Origin: Trichoplax sp. H2
Lineage: Eukaryota
NCBI GenBank assembly: GCA_003344405.1
Contig: NOWV01000002.1
Location: 124,001 to 188,000 of the forward strand
DNA length: 64,000 nucleotides
Reading direction: 5' to 3'
Shown: positions 47,861 through 59,384 of the stretch, one piece after another
Position numbering within the stretch: position 1 is the first letter of the stretch
Layout: the number at the start of each line of letters is the position of its first letter
Made by a program: the position numbers and the translations under genes
Notes under the pieces: model-generated
The model's database searches: none
Seen by the model: the letters and a program-made list of their open reading frames with translations, nothing else
What the model was told of the DNA's origin: nothing

Positions 47861-49544
47861 AATCAACCTAGCAATCCTGTCCTACACTAGCTTAAATTTG
47901 AACGCCATTGGATAACCAAGATAAAAAATAGATACACGTTGATGATAGCAATTTTCGTACAGGATATGAAAAGCAAATCCTCTTGCACTCAGTCTAGCTG
48001 CGGTAAGGTACCGCGCAAAAATATTCTTCCATGCAGCCCCATCTTCTTTTTCTTCTAATACGCCTTCTGTTCTGTAGAAAGCGATCGCTAAAATGTATCA
48101 TATCGATAAAAACACGACATTGAAATAGATCTCACATGTTTTGAATCATCGATCGGACTGAAAAATTGTTGTTGATGTTAATCGACTTGGTCGATTCTCT
48201 GTGCCAGTACATCGACTATCATCAACTTGCCAATTCGGTAAATGTTCAAAATCAAAAATGATTACACCACCAAGGCAAAGGAAATCTTACGTCGATAACC
48301 AATGATACAATGCTGTACTGTGTAATGTCATTGCCTAAAAGAAATCCTTTTCTTCAATTGACAAGATATTTTTTGCATACGCTATCATTTATATAGTTTA
48401 AACTCATCAACTTCTCCATACTTTTGACGGTCAAAACGCAATGAGGAGTCGATGAAGATACTGCGAATACAGCAGCTTCATTACTTGATCTTGCCAATCT
48501 CTTGGATGCTCACGAAATTAAATTAATTATCGTTTTATTATTGCTCAATTCATTCGCTGCAATAATGAAGTTTAGCAATGGTCATAAGTTACCTTTCATA
48601 CATAGGTACGCCGTAGCCATCACTTGTTGCCCTGAAACGACTGTCAAGGAAAAGAAATTTGGAGGCAGTGTGCTATCCGCCATTTTTATTTGTTTAACCA
48701 GTATTATTGACTACATTCTATACTTTCAGCCAAGACGACAATACGGTAGCTTTAACGCGGACATTTATTCTTGGATAAGAAAAATTGGCTAGTGCCTTTT
48801 TAACCTTTTCTATCCCGTCTTGAATTCAATTAAACACTTTCCACGTTATTTCAGCCCACCGCTAGGAATGCAATGCACTTCCCAATACGACCCACAAGTT
48901 TGATTACCCGCCATCTAGTTTACACTTCATTACTTTTTATACAGTGTTGAACGCTATGACGGCATTAACAATTGAACATGGCTGCTGTCGATTGAGTATT
49001 CTAAAATTGCATCATACGAATAGGATGACAAAATTTATAGTGTTAATCAGTAGCACCATGAATCATCATCTACGCACAGTACAACAGTTGAACAAGGTGT
49101 TATATTTGCGACTATCACTACTGATACTCCATTATCCGATAAAGTATAGGGTAGTTCATTAATTAACGATAGAAAATTCAAGTAAATAGTGTGTATTTTT
49201 ACATCTGTATCCTCTATCTTCTGTTGATGATATTCGGTCTTCTTTTCTAACATAGTCAAAAGCAAGACAAAAAATCGAACATTACCACCACATACTGTAC
49301 ATTAAATCTACATGCAGAGGTAGAATGGCAACGGGATTGGATCTATAACAAGGGCAAATCCATCACCAAAGGAGAAGCTATTGCTCTACTTTGACTTCAA
49401 AGTAGAATATTCACACAAGCAGTAGAACGCCATTGCAAAGAAAAAGAGATCAAGAGAAAATAGCGTTATTATAGTGCCAGTTAAAATTTACGGATTTTAA
49501 GACGTTATTGCTACATCGTTGTGTAGACGTAGAAACGTTACTCC

Positions 49545-51761
49545 ATGGCGGCAACCGATTGTAATGTCGAGCAGAACAACAAAAACAGTCAAGATATAAC
49601 CAACCGGAGCTTTATTGATGTAAGCCCATCTATTACTACTTCAAATTCATCTGCAGCAATGGAAGTAAGTCATGATCAGATGATAGCTACATGTAGCAAC
49701 ATGGCGGGTGAGAAAGGTTCAGATGGACAAAATCGTAAACCAGAAAAACCACCTTATTCCTATATAGCGTTAATTGTTATGGCGATCCAAGCCTCACCCA
49801 GTAAGCGCATGACTCTAAATGAAATTTACAAATTTCTACAAGATAAATTTCCATTTTTCCGTGGTAACTATTTAGGTTGGAAAAATTCGGTAAGTCTTGA
49901 CCAATATTCGTTGATTTTCTGCATGAATTTCTTCCCATTTTGAGCTTGTTAGAGGATGAAAGTAGAATATGAATGATCATATTATTGACAATCTTGATGA
50001 ACTAATCAATATCCATACTAAATCGTATAAAGTTCATCCTACTATCTATACAGTGATGTACATTGCCAGGCACTTTTTTTTTCAGTTTTTCTCTTGCAAG
50101 TCCTTAGCATTGCCTTGAATTAATATAATTGAAACGTAGCTTAAATACAATCGTTGAAATAGAATTACGCTATTATAGATTTTCTGTTTATCATCTTATT
50201 ACCGTGGTTAAATACTTGTACTACCTATAAAGTCATGTATGTATTGCCATGGACTTTTAAAGTTTTCCTCTTACAAATCTCTGCTATTGACTTAAATTAT
50301 GATTGAAACGTAGCTTAAATACAATCGTTGAAATAAAATGACTCTATTATCGATTTTCTGCTTATTATCTTATTTCGGTGGTTAATGACTTGTAGATTAT
50401 AGTACATCAAGTAATATCCTTCGATCTAAATGACTCTAGCATTGAAATCCTTTTCCTTCTAGGTTCGCCACAATCTATCGTTAAATGAATGCTTTATTAA
50501 ACTACCCAAAAGTGCCGGAAGGCCTGGGAAAGGCCATGATTGGGCACTCGATTCTTCATGTGAGTATATGTTTGAAGATGGATCGTTTCGTCGCCGGCCT
50601 CGCGGTTTCCGTCGTCGATGTCAAATGATTCAAGATCGAGCTCGTGCAGGCTACCCAGTTAACAAACCGTCTACGTTGCACATTCTATCGTCTATACCTA
50701 GTAATGCTGAAATCAATGAAACGATCAACTCCAATAATCATGAAAATCCTCATGCAAACAATTGCGTGACATCGATCGAACATGAACGGTATCATCCTAA
50801 AGAAACTATTCTGGCAAATAATTCAATAACAGATCAAACGCAACAAATTATCACTTCGTCTGGCCCATTTTTTACCGGTGCAGCCACAACCTATCATAGT
50901 GGATACCTTGAATCAGCTAATCCATTTTATAATCAAGATAATACTAGTAATTCATCATTTTTGTCAGCATCCTATGCAGATGTTCAATGGAGAGGTTCGG
51001 TAGAATACACTGAAAGTAATAATGCAAATTTAACGGCGACTGAGTTTATCCCAATTGGAAGTCGTTCTTTACCACATCAGTATCCATTTCCAGTCTACTC
51101 TCATCATCCTGGCTTAACTAATCAAAGTGGAATTGCATCCTATCAGGCATACGGTTTTCCTTACGGTTGTATCGATAATGCCAATGAATACTCATTTACT
51201 GCTAATAATACCAATCATAATGATAGTGGCAATACTGGTGATGTGAATACAGACGGCCAAGCTAATGATAATTCGCCCAACAAGAATACTATATCAGCTG
51301 TATCTACAGATGATAATGTCGGCAATCTTTATGATGATGCAATTCAAGCTGAACTGTCTATGAAATCTGTAGCTGCTTCCAATGTAATTACTCAAGCAGA
51401 AATTTCAACAGATTATAATAATTCAAGCATCAATCCCCATAGGTACTCGACCTCATTAGTTATGTCTCCTGTGAATACTACAAGTCGTGAAGCTAACGAG
51501 ACTAACACCGCATCACCTGAGGCTAATAGTATCTCCAACAGTAAGGTTACTTCACCTATTAATTCTAACGATAATCAAACATCCGATCTGCAAATGTCTG
51601 ATGTTACCGAAAGTATCTATGATGTCGATGATGCAAATCTACCTTCTTACACAACGTTACCACCAACGTCGTTAATGTCATCACAGGATCTAGACTATTC
51701 TAATAGTCAAGTAGAAGAATATAACGATTCTCCCAACAGCAACAAATTGCAAGAAATTTAA
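49545..51761 (+). CDS. FoxF: Forkhead box transcription factor, FoxF class; exons 49545-49889 and 50463-51761 (547 aa)
   Basis: Spliced domain [129 protein letters not shown] and [12 protein letters not shown] are FoxF-diagnostic. Intron 49890-50462 is GTAAGT...TTCTAG, phase 0. Confidence 0.94.
50050..50395. repeat. Tandem duplication (period about 174 bp) inside the FoxF intron
   Basis: attgaaacgtagcttaaatacaatcgttgaaata is identical at 50128 and 50302, with alignable flanks on both sides. Confidence 0.88.
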
Positions 51762-52071
51762 GCTCTAATTATCGTTGTATACTTAACCTAGAATAGCCAA
51801 TTTTGTACATTTTTTGGTATTTGTGAAAGCGAATATCGCCCGATTTTTTACAACTCAAATCATCTTACACAACGTTACCACCGACGTCGTCAATACTACC
51901 ACAGGCTCTAAACTATTCTAAAAGTCAAGTGGAAAAATGCAACGATTTTCCTAACAGCAACAAATTACAAGAAAGTGAAGCTCTAATTATCGTTGCATCT
52001 TGAGCTAGAATAGTCAATTGTACATTTTTTGATATTTGTATAAGCGAATATCGCCCATTTTCAACTCAAAT
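51645..52071 (+). repeat. Tandem duplication (period 218 bp) of the last 38 FoxF codons, stop codon and proximal 3' UTR
   Basis: Copy 1 is 51645-51860 and copy 2 is 51863-52071. Both begin tcttacacaacgttaccacc and end caactcaaat. Confidence 0.93.
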
Positions 52072-54162
52072 AGGAGGTCATTGTCAGATTATACCTATAT
52101 ACAGTACTGTATTTGTAATAATTAAATTTTACATGATGTTAATTAAATTGATATATATTTTTATTTTAGCCTTATTTTGATTAACCTTCACTTATTGCAT
52201 ATGTGAAATCATTATCAAATAATAGCGTTTCCGTGGTTGGATAATACCTTTAGATATTATATTTTTTCTGTGATTATAATCTACAGTATGTATTCACCAA
52301 TTATAGCAAACAAACGGCTCGAATTGTAAACATTATGCAACAAACAAACGAATGATGATCGTTTTTCTTGATATTGTACCTATCGTGTGCTAGCTAATAC
52401 TGTAATTTCCTATCAACTCACGTTTGAGTAAATTTATGCGTAGAGAGGTAGAAACGATTTTCTTAAAGGAACGCACTGGCTATACGCATTGTTATATTTT
52501 ATTCTCACTTTTTAGTTCGAAATACGCTTTGTTACTGCTTTTTACTAGTCGTACAATACAATTGTGATTCATTTTATTATAGTATAGTGATATAAGAATA
52601 TTCGATTTTTTCAAGATATCATTAATCCACTTAATTTTCATATCGTCATATGTTTTTAATCGTTAATGATGCACCCTAAGCGTACAATAGTATTTCATAT
52701 ATCGACTGTATTTTTATATTGCACGATCATTCTGTTACGTTTTTCATGGTATCTTTTTGATGGGTAACTAAAGGAAGAAGCATGCAATTGACTTAAGCCA
52801 ACTGTCAACTCATAAACAATTTGAGTTTTCTGGGTACGTTAAATGCGCCAATTCTGTACTCGGATTGCGACGATGTTCAAACTTGATAAATTTAAAACTT
52901 TTGCTGTTTTTAACCTACGATATCGGTTATCTTATATGGAGCTTAACTACGGTATTTTTAATTGTATACTTTGACTTATCTCGTAAATAAGATTGATTTG
53001 ATTTTCTAATTACTGCTACGTTATCGAAAGCGACACAAGTCTTTATTGCTAATAGCGCTATGTTCAACGGGCCTGGATTGAATGTGTTGTTAAATAAGTG
53101 TAACGCAAGTTCGATAGTATTTAAATTGTGTAGCTAAAATTAGTTGAAGAATTATTAAACACATTTTTCATGCTGTTTGAAGTGTAATTGATTAAGTTTG
53201 CTTCTTTTTAGTACAAATCATAGCTTAACTTTGAAAGTTTACGTACATACATGAAGCCTATTAAATCTATCTGACACCCTGATATTTTGCAAGTACGTAC
53301 AACTAATACTTCAACATGAAATTTTTATAATTAGATCTAAGTAAAAATAGTGTTAGAGTTCTTCTCAGGGTAGCTACTCTAAGATAAACAAATGAAAAAA
53401 ATTGACGCAACGCATCACTCAGTGAGAAAAGCTACAACTAGGTATAACAAGTTATAGATTTTCAGTTTCAAATTATTCTACGTATAAACAACATAGTCAT
53501 AGGTACTATTAACTATACTATTTGATGAAATTGCTAGTTTCATCAAATTATATCAACGATTGATTCTTTCTTATGCTTGGATATAATGCAAGACAGATTA
53601 CGAATGTTGTTACAGTTTCTTGAATATCATTTGATTAATTATAAGGCTATAGCGAGTAATTCATCCTTAATGATTTAAAAGATAACTCAATATAATTCAA
53701 AGACTTAGAACAAGCTAGCTAGAAACTACAATATGCAGAAGATACGACTAAAATTAAAAAGTACAAGGTATGAAAACAAATCTTCATATTATAATAGTTT
53801 CAAATACGTATGCCCTATAGACTGTTGAAACATTAAGAATGCAGTCTGGTGAGAATTTATAACAGAATTGGCCAAAGGTGCAATATTACTAGTAAAAAAA
53901 AATCAAGAACTGCCATCAATAACTATTCTCAACATCAACTACGCATGATGTAGCTGTTGATATAATAACATTATAACGAATGATACTGTAACGCGTATGT
54001 GATACCACAATTACATTATTCTATACATACAAGATTTATATTAACAAATCATATTCTGATTTAATCCATTGACAATTCAATAATGCAGTTCATACATCGG
54101 CACACAAACTATTTTAATAAGGCTTCAGTTATAACATGATAAATCTTCACTGAATAAATCCG

Positions 54163-57100
54163 TTAGGAGCGCAAATTAAGACCTTGGTACATTGGAGATT
54201 CTTCATCTTGCTGTTTTAGTTCAATATGTTCTAAGGAATTTTCAAGATGTTTCTTTATTTGCTCATTATCATCATTTATTTCTAGTGTAGCCATTTCTTC
54301 ATTTATTTTGTCGATTAATTGTTGTAGGGTTGATTCTGCGACCTATGGTTTCAAATAAATAAGATTAACAATGTCACTATTCCTATCAATAAAAATGACT
54401 TTTTAACGGGCGGCTCATAAATACAGTTATAGCTTACCTGTTCATTCCCCTTCTCGTAGAAGTAAAGATAACGATCAAGAACCTCGGTAAACAATTGTAC
54501 TTGAACGGATTTATCCATACATTGATTCGCAATTCGTAGAGATTTCTTTAAACACTCACTGACTCGTTTACCATCTTTAGACTGTAAAAAAAGAATAAGA
54601 AGAAAGTGTTACGATCTAGACAGTTACAAAATCGGATTGTCTTTCAAATCGTAAAGTGACAACCTCCTCCTCCGAGTCTTTCGTCTTGCCGGACCAAAAT
54701 AATTGAGCACTTGTATAAACCCCTCGACACTGAGCTGGTTTTTTTAGTAATTTAGATGCGACTAATGCACATTGTGTGCGAAGGGGTTCATGATTTTCTT
54801 CTCCAAAACATGACATTTGCTCAAAAGTGCCAATAATTAGCGTTATAGCAGCTATTTGAGCCTTATAATCACTAATTTCGTCTTCGTAGATAGCAAAAGC
54901 CTAAGGATACATATAAAAGAAATTGTCAATTTTGAAACCACATGGCAATTCCGAGATATTCATTAATTAGTATTTCAAACCTGGCTAATATATTCATAAG
55001 CAATATTTTCTCTACCCTCGTAATCGTCTTGGCGGTCAGCAGCTAAAGCTCCCTGCAAGTATAAACGAAGGGACAATTCGAACATTTCTGCCTTGACAAA
55101 GGCAGAAATAGTTTGTAAGGAAAAGGCAAATATCTTGTCACATTTTTTATCCCATTTCTCATCCTATTTGAATAAGCAAAAATTTCCGCCTGTTTAGTCT
55201 ACCTTCCTTGTACCATCATGTTTTAGTCGCTTGATAAAATAATATCGCTGAATGCTATTCCTATAGAACTATACTGACCTCATCCTTGATTAGATTGTAT
55301 GAATTTACCAGATTGTAAGCAGAGAATACTATAGGAAGTAAAGTGTAACTGATTCGCTTATCGCCTCCGCTACCAAGATGTTTCCTGGCAGTATTTAAAA
55401 TCTAATGTGATTAAAACGGATACAAAAGCATTAAAAAAAATTGACCTCATTCAATTACCAAGGACGATCACGTTAATCAGAAATTTACCCTAAACTGTTG
55501 ATCTGGAGTGTCAGAATGAAGTACATTAATCAGTCTACCCATTAATCCCTGCTCTTCAGCAAATTCGTCCGGGTCCTCCTAAAGGAAAAATTTACCAATT
55601 ATCAAATCGTATAGATTTTACAAAATTATAACAGTTACGTAAAATTCTCATACGATATCAGTTCATATAAATCATAGAGTATATAAACCTACGCGTAATA
55701 TTAACTTACTCCTTCATTAGGTTGATCAGGTTGATCTTTTATCAATGGGTCGAGCAACTCAAACACAAATTCAGCCTAATGTATATCAACGTAGTAATGT
55801 CATCGTTATAAAAGGTAAAATTGTTTGATCAATAACTTTACATATGCAAGATAAAATTTCATATTATGACCTCTTCCGGTGAAGGGATATCAACGGCAAC
55901 ATCTACAATTCGGTTAGCTATATAAACTGCTATTTCTTTCCTTGGTTCGTAGCTTAAACGTGATAAAAGTTCCGGATAATCTTTCAATTCTACAACAGTT
56001 AGAATGCTGTCATATATGTCGATTGGGATCTTTAACATCCGTGTGAGCTCGATACATAATGGAGTACCGTTTGGAATGCTGATTTTAAAAATGGAATAAA
56101 AATTGACATTTACTAACAAAAATCACTTTTTAGATCTTAATACAGTACTGTCAATGTATTAAAAAATAAAATTCTTGCCTGTACTTTCCTACATCCAAGC
56201 TGTTCAATAGATCAACCGTATGCTTACAAACTTTATCAACGTAGTCGACTCGTTCTGGATAGCATTTTAAAGCTAAGCTCAACAATGATGCTTGGAGGGT
56301 AATCATGTCTTCCTTAGGCATAGTGCTTGATCGTGACTAAATAGACATTAGAAAAGGAAATACGTAAAGTTTTTACGGATTGCTGATACTTTAAGGAGTA
56401 CAAAGACAAGAAATTAAAGTACCTTTAAAACACTGGAGACTTCTTCAGAGAATACTTCAAACAACTTTATTTCCTCTGGTATTCCAGGACCGTCATCACG
56501 TTGAGCGAAAGCAGCCAAACGATCAGCAAGAGCAGCAATGATTTTCTTAACATTGACAGGACTTTGCAATTTCTGACAAGCTTTTAGCAAAGAGTTCAAG
56601 GTTTGTAAGTGAAATTCATCCGGAAATACCTAAAAAGGTCATACAATAAGGTGATATCGATTAAAAATTGTATCTCATTGCCATAATGTAACTTTAAAAA
56701 ACTTAAGCTTACTTGTATAATACATTCCATGAGATATTCTTGGGATATAGGATCCTTGCAGTTGACAATCTGTTCTAAGACACTCGAGAGTACACTCTAA
56801 GAAAAGATAAAAGAAACTGTATTATAATAAACGTTATTCAATTTTTTACCCTAATAAAGTACCACCATAAGTACGGGTAGCTATTGCAGTATTTTAGGTA
56901 GAGCACACACGATTTATAGGTACGGTATGATCGGCAGCGATAATACACGAACCTCTTTGTATCTTGTGACATCTATTCCATCTAATTGACTCAAACGAAC
57001 AAGGTTAGTACCAACGAGTAGACAGAGTTCTTGGCGCTCTTTTTCACGTCTATCTTTATCACGTGTATGGCCCTGGTGTTGCATACGAACCCATAGCTTG

Positions 57101-59384
57101 TTCATTTCAGAAAAGTTCAGCAAGATGAAATCGATGGAATCTTGTACATCACCATCATTGCTACTACTATAAATGCATTGGAAGAAGGATCAAATAATTA
57201 CGAGTGTAATACCACAGACTTGGCCTTTTTACAGCTGACAACCGTATAGTAAGTTTCTTACCTTGCGTCTTCATCTACGTCTGGTAATTGATTTCGGGTG
57301 CATTGCAACAGATAATTTCTAAGGAATAGGCCTCTTAACGGATGTTGGACACCGCGGCACATTTCCACTAGATCTTTTAACACACTTTTTCTGGATGAAA
57401 ACTTGCACTTTATAAATACAACTCCGACTGTAACCAATAAATACCTAAACAATTTTACATATAAAAAATAGAGAGAGAGAAAATAAATGCTGTGCTGCAA
57501 TAAAGTGATTTAATCAATCGTGTCAATCTTACAGTCTAGGAACAATATTGCCGGCGTATTGGACCAATTCATATAAATCATTTGGGAGGGTATTCTTGTC
57601 GAATTCGTCCATTAAGTGCAATGATAAATGTTGCAATTCATTACTTACTTGCATGTCTGTCAAAAATTGGAGTCAAGGTAATTCCATGAATATCTTTTAC
57701 TGATCAATTAGACGACACAAAACATTGATACGACAGTAGATAAATTCTTATTGATAGCGATCCAAAATTTCCTATCGGAATCTATAAGGGGATAATCATC
57801 GTAATAGGATACAGAGCACATAATAGTTTTTAGGCGTTAACATGGAAGTTCGTAGTTCGCAAAGCATATTGGATGCATGCTTGAGAGCGTCCATTAACTT
57901 TCCTTGGTCCTATAAATAAGCCGCAAATTTAAATTTAGTCCTAAGCGTAGATGAAGTTAATTTTATTGCAACTGCTATAATAGAATATGTTGAGATGTTA
58001 AGTAAAATTAAATGACTTGCAATCTACTGTATTCAATTTAAGATAGCGGAGAAGACATTTAAGATTACTACATTAGATGCATGTGAATTATCTCAGTAAG
58101 TTGCCTTACGATACTCTATCGGGGTTGCTGTATCAATTCTACCGTACTACGCTATATCATTAGCTGCATCTCCTAAAACATTTACTAAGATAGTGGATAT
58201 TGAAACGCTTGATAGTGTAACCGTATAGTCTACTTTCTTATACATTAGTTTAAGAAGATTCAGTACTGAATTGACAATATTAGATGGTCCAAAAAATTCA
58301 TTAGGCCTTATTGATGATCACATTTTCGTAACAGTAACCTATTTCGACTTGTATGGAGAAAATGTGTATGACAACTACACTTGCAATATCGATATTAGAA
58401 TGTCGGATTCTGTCATAATAATTGCAGTTTCTCTCATTTTCCGTCTTGCATATGTTAACATAGCAAAGACAAAAGTAACCAAGTTGCACTCCAAAAATCA
58501 TAGTCGCTTATTCCGTCATTCGTATACTGTACTATCTATCCTGACTGGTCAATGGCCATTCCGTTTTCAGAGTATATTGACTGTAAATACTAGGATTCAT
58601 TTAATTTATGATGATTTGGTTATGGAAAACTACCATTTTAGCGCTATGAGATACGTATACTGTCCTATTCAATTGCCTATTGGTGTTCTTTACACTAAAA
58701 TATGATACAAATTGAATAGTTGAGCTACAGCAATATATTTGTCACTACCTTACATATCACTGTTAAAAGATTGAAGAAATTCAACAGCTGTAATGTAGTA
58801 GAATCATGACTGGCAGGTGGCAGATATTGCCATCGGAATGCACTAGCTGTCAGTAACTTTAGTGATCGTCCATATCCATTCTACCGTACTGTCATAGTGT
58901 AGTATACGCGTGCATACTGTACCGTTTAGGCAAATGCAGTATTGGACATTGTTGCCTGACTACTCTTTTATCACTACCAATAGTTCTAGCCTTGAAGCTA
59001 GGTAAAAGAGGCAATTCTCAACTTTTCCACATAATACACTAAGCTACAAAATGCTGATGAATGCTTTTACCAGCCATCTCTTCATTAAGAATGATTCACT
59101 TTTGACGACTTGGGCGGCTTCATCAAGCAATTTCTCCTGCTCTTCGTGGATGACGGAACTTGTGGCTGGCTGCAAAGTTGGAAGAGAGAAGAGTTGAAAA
59201 TATTAATTCCCAATTGATATTATTAGCCAGGAAATGAGCACAAGTAAACGCTCTCTAAGTTCTACAATCATTCAATACTATAGAATAGAATTCATTTGGT
59301 AGAGATATGAGTTTAAAATGAAGATTAATAACACAATTTATCCATCCAATATTGATCTAAAAATGGAGAACGACTACCGACCAT
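54163..59384 (-). CDS. VPS35: Vacuolar protein sorting 35, retromer core subunit; complete, 17 coding exons
   Basis: Exon 1 contributes only ATG (59382-59384, followed by GTCGGT). Then 59071-59169 ([23 protein letters not shown]), 57813-57909 ([32 protein letters not shown]), 57533-57656 ([15 protein letters not shown]), and [67 protein letters not shown], ending [15 protein letters not shown] at 54163-54165. Confidence 0.96.
57657..57812 (-). other. U12-type (minor spliceosome) GT-AG intron, VPS35 intron 3
   Basis: Donor GTATCCTAT (consensus RTATCCTT). Branch-point-like TACCTTGAC at 57680-57672, with the branch A 17 nt from the intron end. Confidence 0.8.

Noticed and set aside
58271..58705. 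144 aa + strand ORF inside VPS35 intron 2
   Set aside because: TTG start, no recognisable domain, composition like non-coding DNA and no transposase motifs.
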